Shown: positions 37,252 to 47,174 of the stretch, piece after piece
Layout of the letters: each line of letters starts with the position of its first letter
How positions within the stretch are numbered: position 1 is the first letter of the stretch
From: Bacteroidota bacterium
GTDB lineage: Bacteria > Bacteroidota > Bacteroidia > AKYH767-A > 2013-40CM-41-45
Assembly (NCBI GenBank): GCA_043783155.1
Contig: JAYVZS010000054.1
Coordinates: 85,667-149,666 of the forward strand
DNA length: 64,000 bases
Direction: 5' to 3'
The notes under the pieces: generated by a model
What the model was told of the DNA's origin: nothing
Databases searched by the model: none
The model's input: only the letters and a program-made list of their open reading frames with translations
Made by a program: the position numbers and the translations under genes

Positions 37252-38640
37252 CTAAATATGAATCACCTCCCCATACGCATCAGCCACAGCTTCCATCACA
37301 GCTTCGCTCATAGTAGGGTGCGGATGCATCGATTTAATAATTTCATGACCGGTTGTTTCGAGGTTACGTGCCACCACTACTTCGGCAATCAGTTCGGTCA
37401 CGTTCGCCCCAATCATGTGTGCGCCTAACCACTCACCGTATTTGGCATCGAAAATTACTTTTACAAAACCTTCACTTGCACCCGCTGCTTTTGCTTTACC
37501 GGAAGCCGTGAATGGAAATTTTCCAACCTTGATTTCATAGCCAGCTTCTTTCGCAGCTTTTTCAGTGTAACCGACAGAAGCAATTTCCGGCTGACAATAC
37601 GTGCATCCGGGAACATTATTATAATTAATCGGATCAGGATTTAATCCCGCGATTTTCTCCACGCACGTAATCGCTTCATGCGATGCAACGTGTGCGAGCG
37701 CAGGGCCGCGAACAATGTCACCGATCGCATAGTATCCCGGCATGTTGGTCTGGTAATAATCATTCACCAAAATTTTTCCTTTGTCGGTTGCAATGCCCGT
37801 CTCTTCAAGTCCGATGCCTTCGATGTTGGGTGTAATACCAACAGCGGAAAGTACCACATCACATTCTAATATTTCATCTCCTTTTTTTGTTTTCACTTTT
37901 ACCTTACAGCCCTTACCGGATGTATCAACAGACTCAACGGTTGACTCAAGCATGATTTCAATTCCCGATTTCTTAAATGAGCGTGCAAGCTGTTTGGAAA
38001 TATCTTCGTCTTCAACAGGAACAACATTCGGCATGAATTCAACAATGGTAACTTTTGTTCCAAGTGTATGATAGAAATATGCAAACTCAACACCGATGGC
38101 TCCGGACCCGACTACGACCATTGATTTCGGCTGGCTGTCGAGCGCCATCGCTTCGCGGTACCCGATTATTTTTTTTCCATCCTGTTTCAGATTCGGAAGT
38201 TCGCGCGAACGCGCTCCTGTTGCGAGGATGATGTGCTTTGCTTCGTATAGAGTTGTTTTTCCTTCCGCATCTATCACCTCCACTTTTTTACCCGGTTTTA
38301 CCAGCGCGAATCCGGCAATGACGTCGATCTTATTTTTTTTCATCAGAAATTGAACGCCTTTGCTCATGGCATCAGCAACACCACGGCTGCGTTTTACAAC
38401 GGACGGAAAATCAACTTCAACTCCTGACGCTTTCATTCCGTAATCCTGTGCATGCAACAGGTATTCATATACCTGCGCGCTTTTTAATAATGCTTTAGTT
38501 GGTATGCAACCCCAGTTCAGGCAGATGCCGCCTAACTCCGCTTTTTCAATGACAGCTGTTTTCATTCCGAGTTGTGAAGCGCGAATGGCTGCTACATATC
38601 CTCCTGGTCCGCTTCCGATAACGATTAAATCGTAATTCAT
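37252..38640 (-). CDS. lpdA: Dihydrolipoamide dehydrogenase
   Basis: GSGPGGYVAAIRA, GGICLNWGCIPTKALL, GSGAIGVEFA, HPHPTMSE. Confidence 0.97.
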   Translation of the reverse strand: MNYDLIVIGSGPGGYVAAIRASQLGMKTAVIEKAELGGICLNWGCIPTKALLKSAQVYEYLLHAQDYGMKASGVEVDFPSVVKRSRGVADAMSKGVQFLMKKNKIDVIAGFALVKPGKKVEVIDAEGKTTLYEAKHIILATGARSRELPNLKQDGKKIIGYREAMALDSQPKSMVVVGSGAIGVEFAYFYHTLGTKVTIVEFMPNVVPVEDEDISKQLARSFKKSGIEIMLESTVESVDTSGKGCKVKVKTKKGDEILECDVVLSAVGITPNIEGIGLEETGIATDKGKILVNDYYQTNMPGYYAIGDIVRGPALAHVASHEAITCVEKIAGLNPDPINYNNVPGCTYCQPEIASVGYTEKAAKEAGYEIKVGKFPFTASGKAKAAGASEGFVKVIFDAKYGEWLGAHMIGANVTELIAEVVVARNLETTGHEIIKSMHPHPTMSEAVMEAVADAYGEVIHI

Positions 38641-38747
38641 AGTGTGTATTGATTACAAATATTTCTAACTAAATGATGCCGTTAAAATGGGAGTGCGAAG
38701 ATAAATATTGTTTGTTGATTTTTGGTATGACTATTCTTCGCTTCGGG

Positions 38748-38873
38748 GATGTACGACAAATCGCACCATTGTATTAATTCGGTTTTAAAATTGCTTTAAT
38801 AAATCTCAAATGCGCTCAAATATTGACTGTACTAACATCGGGATTGTCTGGCTAATGCAATTTGTCGTATACC
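38748..38873. repeat. 126-bp element with 18-bp imperfect terminal inverted repeats (putative MITE)
   Basis: GATGTACGACAAATCGCA vs rc of TGCAATTTGTCGTATACC, 15/18 match; no obvious TSD. Confidence 0.45.
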
Positions 38874-38984
38874 ATAATCTACCTCAGCTTTACTTTTCTA
38901 ATCGATGTAAATGGATAAATTATTATCAACAAGATTAAACTTTTCAATTATTGAGTAGTCGAGGTTACTTAAATTCATTCAACC

Positions 38985-39767
38985 ATGAGAAAAATTAATA
39001 TTATTACTGCAACTTTCATTTTGGGTTGCAGTCTGATTGGTTTACAAAGCTGCACCAAAGAGGGTGCTCAGGGACCTACCGGCAATCAGGGGCCTATCGG
39101 TGCTGCCGGACCCGCGCTAAAAGGAACTCTTGCGGGCTATGTCTTGTTGTTCGATCAATACGGAAGCCGACTGCTGACTTCCATGGCCAATGTAATGGTT
39201 ACTATTGACAATATTCACGATACCACCTATACGGATTCCACTGGCAAATACGAGTTTCAGAATCTTTCCACGGGCCTATACAATCTTACCTATCAGAAAA
39301 CCGGATTCGGAACCAACTCTGTTTTCAGCCAACAATTCACTGGAGGAGGATTGTATTTCCGCAATGATATTCGCATCAGTTCCATTCCTAATTTTAACGT
39401 CCTTGGTGTACGTGATTCTCTTACGGCTACTGATGCTTTCATTTTGGATAGTGTCGCGCCTAATTCAAAGCAGAGATCCCAGATTGTATTCATAGGTGCC
39501 ACACCTTCAGTCTCAGCAAATCCGACCACCTATCTTGATTACATGACCAAAAACATTAATGTAAATGTATCGAAATCAGTCATTGATATTCCCTTCAGCG
39601 ATATAATTAATCTTGGTTTTGTTTCAGGACAAACCGTTTATATTGCCTCATACGGAATTTGCACGAACTTTAGTAATTCATCTGTTTATGAAGATTATTT
39701 GACCGGTCGTTTAATTTTTTCAAGCATCAGTTCCGTTCCGGCCACTACCAGTTTCGTTTTGCCTTAA
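38985..39767 (+). CDS. Lipoprotein with short collagen-like stretch and prealbumin/carboxypeptidase-regulatory-like domain
   Basis: LQSC lipobox; six Gly-X-Y triplets; TDSTGKYEFQNLSTGLYNL. Confidence 0.8.
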   Translation: MRKINIITATFILGCSLIGLQSCTKEGAQGPTGNQGPIGAAGPALKGTLAGYVLLFDQYGSRLLTSMANVMVTIDNIHDTTYTDSTGKYEFQNLSTGLYNLTYQKTGFGTNSVFSQQFTGGGLYFRNDIRISSIPNFNVLGVRDSLTATDAFILDSVAPNSKQRSQIVFIGATPSVSANPTTYLDYMTKNINVNVSKSVIDIPFSDIINLGFVSGQTVYIASYGICTNFSNSSVYEDYLTGRLIFSSISSVPATTSFVLP

Positions 39768-39922
39768 TAAAAACACGGTCGATGCAAGGGAAAGTAAAAC
39801 TGATTACTGTTTCATGAGATTAATTTATCAGAAATAATCTTGAGAAGGTTTTCATTTGATCTGCCTCGCTGGTAATTGGTAAAAGTTTTTGTTTAACTCG
39901 TAAAACGATCTTAATTTTTTAT

Positions 39923-40046
39923 CACTACTGTCCTGGTAATATTTTTTGTCACTTTGAATGTGCCGTCACCATTGGTTTCTGTCTTATTGGCCTCACCTCA
40001 ACCCCTCTGCGAGGGAGAGGGGCTAATCCCTACTTTCGAAGAGACA
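39923..40046. mobile_element. MITE family B, truncated second copy
   Basis: Colinear with 36505-36628 from the left TIR (CACTACTGTCC) onward; right TIR missing; abuts the ABC gene stop. Confidence 0.8.
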
Positions 40047-43000
40047 TTATTTCTTGAACCTCAATGAAAACTTCTCTGACAGCCCGATCAGTTTTTTCAG
40101 CCAGTCGAAATACAAGGCGATGGCGGCGAAGATCGTCATGAACCAGATCACGAGGATATTCACGTAATACGTTTCTAAATAATTTCCAAAAACGTTTTTT
40201 CGTGACGCGAAGAAAGGCGCTCTGATAAATGATTCGGGCTTACCTTCCATAAACACCGGCTGGAAGCGCTGTATCAAATGATTGTCGGCTTCTTCAATCT
40301 GTACTAATTCAGTCTGGTTCTTCAGCAATTCTTCAAGACTTTCATTCTGGTAGTCGTCTTTTAATTTCAGCAACGTTTCGTCACTACCGGATGTTTTTTG
40401 AAAATGATCAATCCGTTTTTCCTTGTGATCACTGGCTTTGTTGTATTGTTCAATATAACTTGTCTGAAGATTGTTTAAATATTTTTTTGTTTCGTTGCCC
40501 GCCGATTCATTGAAGGAAGCAACCGTCAGGGAATGAACGTTTGAAAATGCGTGAGTCGGATATTCTCCCATCTCCGTATTGATTTCATTTGAAAGCAGCC
40601 GCAGGTTGGAAGCAAGCATGTGTTTTTTTTCCGGCTGTGTCAGAGAGAAAATAGAATAGTCGGTGCGTTTGATGAGTTCTGGAATCAGAAAATCTTTTTT
40701 GAAAGTTGCACGACTCATTGATTTGTCGTATTCGAAAAAGTTCTCCTCGTATTTATTACTTCTGAATTGATTGACGGCAAGTGCCTCGAAAGCCCAACGC
40801 GAAGCCATGATCTCGCCAAAGAAAGGAACCGTTTCATGCGTGCTGATGGTCGGATTCAGTTTTTCAAACTTCACAATGATGCCACTCAAAAGAATCTGTG
40901 GAATAATGAGAATCGGAATGAGAATGTAAATAGTAACTGCGGAATTAAATGCGGATGAAATATTCAACCCGGTCATGTTTGCGAAACAGGCGGTCGAGAA
41001 TAAAACCAGCCAGTAATCGGTGTACATGTCTTTGATGCCGAGAATGCTGTTGCCGATGGCCACAAATAAAACTGTCTGCAAAGCGGAGAGCATGAACATC
41101 ACAGCGATTTTTGAAAGCAGGTAACTCAACCTGCTCAGGTTCAGAAAAGATTCACGCTTTAGAATTTTCCGGTCCCGGAAAATTTCTTCCGCACTCACCG
41201 ACAATCCGAGAAAAATTGAAACAATCACACTCATGAAAAGAAACGCCGGAATGTTTTGGTTTTCCCGGAAGATATATGTCTTTCCTTCCTGGTGATAACG
41301 GATCAGATAAGCCAGTACAAAAGCAAGCAGCGGAGCTTCCAGGAAGTTGATGAGCAGGTATTGTTTGTTGCTCAGTTTAGAGAGAACGTCGCGGGTGATG
41401 AACACTCCAAACTGCCTGATGCGTGAAGGTTTTTTAGACGTGTTGATGATTTCTCCTTCTTTTGTTTTTCTTTCTTCAGTGTTGCCGCCTGCATTTTTTT
41501 TATAAAAATTATTCCATTCCGCCGGAGAAATTTTCCTCGTGTTCACAGGATTCCCGAATTCATCAAGCACTTTCGCTTCAATGATGGAGAACAATTGTTC
41601 GGGATTGATGTTTCCGCAGGTTACACATTCGCTTTCATCGGCGTTTACATGATCCACCACTTTCTTAACATAGATCAGTGAATCAACAGGGTTCCCGTAG
41701 TAAATCGGGTAACCGCCGTTGTCGAGTAAAAATAATTTGTCGAACAGTTTAAAAATGTCGGATGATGGCTGATGAATAACAACAAAAATTAATTTTCCGG
41801 AGATAGAAAGTTGCTTCAGCAGGTCCATTACGTTTTCAGAATCACGGGACGATAATCCGGAAGTAGGTTCATCGACAAAAAGAACCGACGGCTCGCGCAC
41901 CAGTTCCAGCGCGATGTTCAGGCGCTTACGTTGTCCGCCGCTGATTGTTTTGTCAAGTGAATTCCCGACTTTCAGATCTTTCGTTTCCGTTAAGCCGAGA
42001 CTTTCAAGCAGGTCGAGAACTTTTTTTGTAACGGCTTCTTCGCCGAGGTCACCGTAACAAAGTTTCGTGTTGTAATACACATTCTGAAAAACGGTAAGAT
42101 CGTCCATCAGCAAATCATCCTGCGGGATATAACCGATCACGCCTTCCAATTCTTTTCCGGCAGTATGAAGATTTAATCCGTTGATCAACACCTCGCCTTC
42201 CGAAGGAATCATGTTTCCATTCAAAACATTCAGCAGTGTTGATTTTCCCGCGCCGCTTCCTCCCATGATGCCGATCAGTTCGCCCGATTTCGCCGAGAAA
42301 TTAATAGGATGTAATCCGATCTTTCCGTTTTTAAATTTGAATTCTACTTTTCCAACATCAAATTTTATTTTCGATTGACCTGTGATTTGCAGGAAACGAT
42401 GAATGACATCGCTGTAATAAACCGGTTCAAGTTTAGTTCCGCGTATCACCGAGCCTTGCGTAAATACCTGTACGAAATCGTTGCTCATCGCTTGTCCGTT
42501 CAACGTGAGCTGGCCTTCACCCGAATATTTTATAAATGAAATGCCGACACTTTTAATAAACAGGATCAGAATTTTTCCCTGCACATTTACATTGTATTCG
42601 TGTCGGGTTTTCTGAAATGCGTTTGACTTGTTGTGGTCGATCAGCAGAAATGAATCTGAATCCGGAATAGCAGCTTTGCCGGCAAGCGCAAGACAATCTT
42701 TGTAATCACTGTCTGGAATATTAAAAATACTGGAAACGGTGGATACGAATTCCCATTCCTGTTCGGCAATCGCTTCGTCAGAAGAGTGGATGAATTCGAG
42801 GAGACGAATCAGCACAATGTATTTCTGTCGCTGGTTGAGTTCCTGGTTGATGTCGGTACAAATCTTCAGCACCTTCACCGAATTAACAGAAGTACGCTTC
42901 CTTATTTTTTCAGCGTCTACTTTGCCTTGTTGAGCTCCGATAAATTCATCAAACACCTGGAGGTATTTTTCAACTAAGTTCTGATTTAGCTGCTGCTTCA

Positions 43001-43100
43001 GGAAAGTTTCAACGATGTTCCGGCTTTGCGCGGTCAGGCGTTCCGCATTCGCCACAATGGCAAACAACTGCATCAAAGCCCTTAGAATTTTTTCGCTCAT
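40047..43100 (-). CDS. Fused ABC transporter (TerB-like N-terminus, ABCG-type ATPase, ABC2 permease)
   Basis: GGSGAGKST, ISGGQRKR, LFVDEPTSGL, IHQPS; C-terminal TM helices with a large extracytoplasmic loop. Confidence 0.88.
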   Translation of the reverse strand: MSEKILRALMQLFAIVANAERLTAQSRNIVETFLKQQLNQNLVEKYLQVFDEFIGAQQGKVDAEKIRKRTSVNSVKVLKICTDINQELNQRQKYIVLIRLLEFIHSSDEAIAEQEWEFVSTVSSIFNIPDSDYKDCLALAGKAAIPDSDSFLLIDHNKSNAFQKTRHEYNVNVQGKILILFIKSVGISFIKYSGEGQLTLNGQAMSNDFVQVFTQGSVIRGTKLEPVYYSDVIHRFLQITGQSKIKFDVGKVEFKFKNGKIGLHPINFSAKSGELIGIMGGSGAGKSTLLNVLNGNMIPSEGEVLINGLNLHTAGKELEGVIGYIPQDDLLMDDLTVFQNVYYNTKLCYGDLGEEAVTKKVLDLLESLGLTETKDLKVGNSLDKTISGGQRKRLNIALELVREPSVLFVDEPTSGLSSRDSENVMDLLKQLSISGKLIFVVIHQPSSDIFKLFDKLFLLDNGGYPIYYGNPVDSLIYVKKVVDHVNADESECVTCGNINPEQLFSIIEAKVLDEFGNPVNTRKISPAEWNNFYKKNAGGNTEERKTKEGEIINTSKKPSRIRQFGVFITRDVLSKLSNKQYLLINFLEAPLLAFVLAYLIRYHQEGKTYIFRENQNIPAFLFMSVIVSIFLGLSVSAEEIFRDRKILKRESFLNLSRLSYLLSKIAVMFMLSALQTVLFVAIGNSILGIKDMYTDYWLVLFSTACFANMTGLNISSAFNSAVTIYILIPILIIPQILLSGIIVKFEKLNPTISTHETVPFFGEIMASRWAFEALAVNQFRSNKYEENFFEYDKSMSRATFKKDFLIPELIKRTDYSIFSLTQPEKKHMLASNLRLLSNEINTEMGEYPTHAFSNVHSLTVASFNESAGNETKKYLNNLQTSYIEQYNKASDHKEKRIDHFQKTSGSDETLLKLKDDYQNESLEELLKNQTELVQIEEADNHLIQRFQPVFMEGKPESFIRAPFFASRKNVFGNYLETYYVNILVIWFMTIFAAIALYFDWLKKLIGLSEKFSLRFKK

Positions 43101-43317
43101 AAAATCAGATGACTGGGAAAATTAAAATTACCAATAACCAATTACCATTGATCAAATGAATGAATAAATTTTTTAAAATGGTTGCTTAAAAGACGGGTCG
43201 GATAATAAATTATAAATTAAATATTGTTTGAAAATTGGACATTGGTTAATTCAAAACAATTCACAAACGTTCAACACCGATAACCTCTGACGGAATTCAT
43301 CAGGTTATGACCGTTAT

Positions 43318-44169
43318 TTACTTCGTCGCCCTGTTTCTCGCCAAAGCAACAGTAGAAGATATTTTCTGGAGACTTTCCTTGTTGATCTGAGAAGGATCTT
43401 TCAGCTCGTCGTAGACTTTTTTGATGTTCTGAAGATCAGTTTCCAGTTCCATTGATTCTTTGTCTTTAAATTCTTTGAATAGGTCAGCGAGGTTATTGAG
43501 GACTAATTTCTGTTCGTAAATTTTATTAAAGGTATCGTTGAACTTCGCATTTTTTTCCTGGTTTTTCATCAGCGAAGAACTGATGTGAAGACTTTCCATA
43601 AACGCTCCGGCGATGATGTATGAAGCGGTGAGCAAGCGGTCGTTGGTGCGCAGGTATTTATCCGTTTCAGCATACGCCTGGTCAACAATTACCATCACGG
43701 AATCTTTGTTATCGGAATTTTCTTTAAAGCGATCAGAGAATTTCTCAAATGTTTTTTCCATACCTAATGTTCCGGCTAATTTTTTCGCGGTGGAATAATA
43801 ATCATACAGATCCTGTTTGTTGCCGTAGTAAGCAATGTAAGCCATGTCTACTCCGTAAATACCGTAATTGATGGCGCGTTTGTAAGCGCTTACATATTTT
43901 TCGCTGTTATCAGTCGGGTTCAGCAGTGTGTTGTCGAACGGAACCTGGGTACTGTACACCGTGTTGATAACATCAAGAGGCGAGGGGAGGTTGGCGATGG
44001 TAAAAGAGAGCTTGAAGTCCGCCTTTGTATTGTAAGGAGTAGTATCGGCTTTCATGGCGGCAGAATCGGAAGCCATTTCGGATTCAGCACTATTTTTTTT
44101 CCCGGTACAGGAAAAGAATGCAATGGATACGAGGGAAAGGAAAGCGATACTGCGGATCATGTTTTTCAT
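43318..44169 (-). CDS. Helical lipoprotein of unknown function
   Basis: FFSC lipobox; LPSP, RAINYGIYGVDMAY; TAGGTTTG box at 44189-44196. Confidence 0.8.
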   Translation of the reverse strand: MKNMIRSIAFLSLVSIAFFSCTGKKNSAESEMASDSAAMKADTTPYNTKADFKLSFTIANLPSPLDVINTVYSTQVPFDNTLLNPTDNSEKYVSAYKRAINYGIYGVDMAYIAYYGNKQDLYDYYSTAKKLAGTLGMEKTFEKFSDRFKENSDNKDSVMVIVDQAYAETDKYLRTNDRLLTASYIIAGAFMESLHISSSLMKNQEKNAKFNDTFNKIYEQKLVLNNLADLFKEFKDKESMELETDLQNIKKVYDELKDPSQINKESLQKISSTVALARNRATK

Positions 44170-44255
44170 AAGGATGGATTGTTTGACGCAAACCTACGTG
44201 ATTCTTATTAATTATACAAAGGAAAAAAACGAATATTATTGCCAGGGAAAGGAAC

Positions 44256-45707
44256 TCAATTGTAGAAGTGAGTGATGATGTAAATCTGGTAAACCAAAAA
44301 CTTTTCGCTGTGTTTGTATTTTTTTGTAAAATAGTTGTAGATTAAATTCTTCGGATCATTGAATTCGCTGCCAGCCTGAAGATAGATTACATCGTCATTT
44401 CTGTTTTCCAAAATATGTTCTGCGTCATCCTTTGTTCCAATCGGATAGATATTTTCCTTGTTTAAAAATCTTCTCGTGTTGGTGTAATCTTTAAAATAAA
44501 CAATGTTGTAATAATAAGCGAAACCTAAGTCAGCAAAATCAGGTGCAATAAAAACGATCGTGTTTTCATTTTTCATTTTTTTTATTTTATCAGCTACCTC
44601 TTTTGATCGTCTGTAATTATCCGGATTTAATTCGACAGTAAAAATTAAACTTCCCGTAAAGAAGACGATGGCAATATTTTTATAGTTTTCTTTTTCGAAA
44701 AGATAATTGATGAGCGAAGCGATAAGCAGGTAAAATGGAATGGAGGTGTAAAGAATATACCTGTCAATGAATACAGGGAATTTAAAAGAGATGAGGAACA
44801 TGGTGAAATAGGGGACAAGGAACCACGTCAAAATAATTTTAAATGAAATGTTTTCAGAGAATAGTTTGATTTTTTCTGATATTTTTTTTTGACGCATCAA
44901 TATAATTCCGCTAACCAGGAGAATTAAAATCAATACGAGCATATTGTATCGGTTGTTGATGAATAGATTCAGAAATCCATAGCCCTGCGTTAATTTTGGC
45001 GGTGCCACCCACGTTCCGTTTCTTGTTGTAACAAGAAAACGGTTGATGAAAACAATTGTGTTAGGGATATAACAGATGAGAAGAGTTACAAGAATAATCA
45101 GCATTTTTTTTAATGCCCCGAAGTTCCGGTAAATGAACAGCAAGGAAAATAATTGGATGGCAATAACGAAAAAGCCAAAGTAGTGAGAGTAAATAAGCAG
45201 CAGGTTTGAAAAGAAAAGAAAGAAGTAATTGTTCTTCGCTTTCGGGTTTTTAGCGATCTCCAAAAAGAAAAATAATGAAAGTGCTGTCAGGAGAGAAAAT
45301 AAAGAATAGACTCTTGCCTCATGAGAAAAAAAGATATGCATGGTCGAAAACGTAAATATCAAAGCTGCCGTGATTCCTGTTTTTAGGTTGAAGAATTTTT
45401 CGCCGATTTTTAAAATCACGACACTTGTCAAAGAACTAAATAAAAGCGAAGGAAATCTTACTGAAAAGGCTGAGATGCCGAATAATTTTATCCAATAATG
45501 GAGAAAGAAAAAATGAAATGCCGGATTGTTCTCCGTCTTTAACATTTCTATAATTCCACCCAGATTTTTTTGGGCATAAAAAATACTGAATGGCTCGTCC
45601 ATTGCGATATCCCTGTTGTCGAGAAAAATAATTTTTAGAATTAAATTCAACAGGAAAAATAATAGTGGAAGAATTAGATTAGAAAATTTATTTTTAGAAA
45701 AGATCAT
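44256..45707 (-). CDS. GT-C membrane glycosyltransferase (GT39/ArnT-like)
   Basis: MDE, NNPAFHFFFLHYW, VRFPS, SHEARVYS, YSHY; polytopic. Confidence 0.85.
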   Translation of the reverse strand: MIFSKNKFSNLILPLLFFLLNLILKIIFLDNRDIAMDEPFSIFYAQKNLGGIIEMLKTENNPAFHFFFLHYWIKLFGISAFSVRFPSLLFSSLTSVVILKIGEKFFNLKTGITAALIFTFSTMHIFFSHEARVYSLFSLLTALSLFFFLEIAKNPKAKNNYFFLFFSNLLLIYSHYFGFFVIAIQLFSLLFIYRNFGALKKMLIILVTLLICYIPNTIVFINRFLVTTRNGTWVAPPKLTQGYGFLNLFINNRYNMLVLILILLVSGIILMRQKKISEKIKLFSENISFKIILTWFLVPYFTMFLISFKFPVFIDRYILYTSIPFYLLIASLINYLFEKENYKNIAIVFFTGSLIFTVELNPDNYRRSKEVADKIKKMKNENTIVFIAPDFADLGFAYYYNIVYFKDYTNTRRFLNKENIYPIGTKDDAEHILENRNDDVIYLQAGSEFNDPKNLIYNYFTKKYKHSEKFLVYQIYIITHFYN

Positions 45708-45716
45708 GAAATCGAA

Positions 45717-47165
45717 TTATTGAATAATAATTTTCCCGACACCGATTATAGTTTCACTTGAAAGGATTTTGTAAGTATAAACCCCGGCAGGCAAATCTTC
45801 TCTTGAAAGTTGAAAAGTTGTTTCTCCATTCTTGATTATTTTACTTCTGACCTCAACGCCGAACACATTGTACAATTCAAAAGAAGCCGATTCATTCTGG
45901 TTGATTTCCGGGTGAATGATAATAGTCGTGAATCTGCTAAACGGATTTGGGAAAACCTCGATGTGATTTTTGTTATTGGCAAGATCGTTTACTGAATTAT
46001 ATGTCCCTGATGAACCGGTGCTATCCATCTTAACCAGGAAAACATTTAAAAGGCCAGTCCCGAAACTTTTTGTGTTTCCAACAATAATATACCCCCCGTC
46101 AGTAGTTTTTTGAATGCAATAACCAATGTCTTCATTGAGGCCTCCGGGTGAACCAGAGCCAATCCAGTCGCCAGTTGTGTCTGTCCTCCAAAACAGAATA
46201 TCCGGATTGCCTTGGCCCGTAGTTGATCCAACAAGCACATATCCGCCATCTAATCTTTGAACAAGAAATGTTACTCTTTTATTGTCAGGTGACCCCACTG
46301 ATCTGGTCCATGTGGTATCACCACTTGAGTTTGTCTTAACTAAATAGATGTCATCGTAACCTGCCAGACCAAAGCTGGCTGTATAACCACCCACAATGTA
46401 GCCACTATCCAAAGTTTGTTTCACGCAATTACCTTCTTCGTCATTCATTCCACCAAATACTTTTGTCCAGAGTGAATCACCGAGTGAGTTAGTCTTAATC
46501 AGGTAAACATCTTTTTCTCCTGCTCCCATGCTTTTTGTGTAACCTGTAAGAATGTACCCCCCGTCAAAAGTTTGCTGAACAGAATAAGCTACTTCACTAC
46601 TATCGCCACCGAAAGTAGTCGTCCACAAAGTGTCACCTAAAGAATTTGTTTTGATGAGATACATATCGTTTTGCCCGTTTCCAAAACTAAAGGTTTCTCC
46701 CGCCAGAATAAATCCACTGTCTGAAGTTTGTTGAATCGAATATAAGAAGTCCCAATCAGTACCTCCGTATGTTTTCGTCCAGAGGGTGTCTCCGTTTTTA
46801 TCAGTGCGAACAAGGTATCCGTCGTACCCGCCATTTCCCAGACTATTAGTATATCCGCAAATGGCATATCCGCTGTCATTCAGTTGAACTACATCATATC
46901 CGCGATCAATGTCGACGCCTCCAAAAGTTTTCGCGAAAACCCCATTGCCTAAACCGTCCGTCTTTATTAATAACATGTCAGTAGCTCCAAAGCCAAAGCT
47001 AGAAGTTGAGCCCGCGATAATATATCCACCATCAAAAGTTTGTTTGACGCTTCTGCCTTCATTAAACATGGCTCCGCCATAGGAACGCTGAAATTTTATC
47101 TGCGCGGTTGCACACACTCCGCCAGTCAGAAAAAACACGACGAATAAAAATCCTTTCCAGTTCAT
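45717..47165 (-). CDS. Beta-propeller repeat protein with T9SS type A CTD
   Basis: About seven ~50-aa repeats WTKT(Y/F)GG...QT.DGGYI..G.T.S.G.G..D.YLIKT; VFPNPF...GVYTYKI. Confidence 0.88.
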   Translation of the reverse strand: MNWKGFLFVVFFLTGGVCATAQIKFQRSYGGAMFNEGRSVKQTFDGGYIIAGSTSSFGFGATDMLLIKTDGLGNGVFAKTFGGVDIDRGYDVVQLNDSGYAICGYTNSLGNGGYDGYLVRTDKNGDTLWTKTYGGTDWDFLYSIQQTSDSGFILAGETFSFGNGQNDMYLIKTNSLGDTLWTTTFGGDSSEVAYSVQQTFDGGYILTGYTKSMGAGEKDVYLIKTNSLGDSLWTKVFGGMNDEEGNCVKQTLDSGYIVGGYTASFGLAGYDDIYLVKTNSSGDTTWTRSVGSPDNKRVTFLVQRLDGGYVLVGSTTGQGNPDILFWRTDTTGDWIGSGSPGGLNEDIGYCIQKTTDGGYIIVGNTKSFGTGLLNVFLVKMDSTGSSGTYNSVNDLANNKNHIEVFPNPFSRFTTIIIHPEINQNESASFELYNVFGVEVRSKIIKNGETTFQLSREDLPAGVYTYKILSSETIIGVGKIIIQ

Positions 47166-47174
47166 GATGCGAAG

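Noticed and set aside
46000-47100. Periodic ~150-bp similarity resembling a CRISPR or tandem array
   Set aside because: Explained by coding beta-propeller repeats; no invariant repeat-spacer structure and no cas genes.
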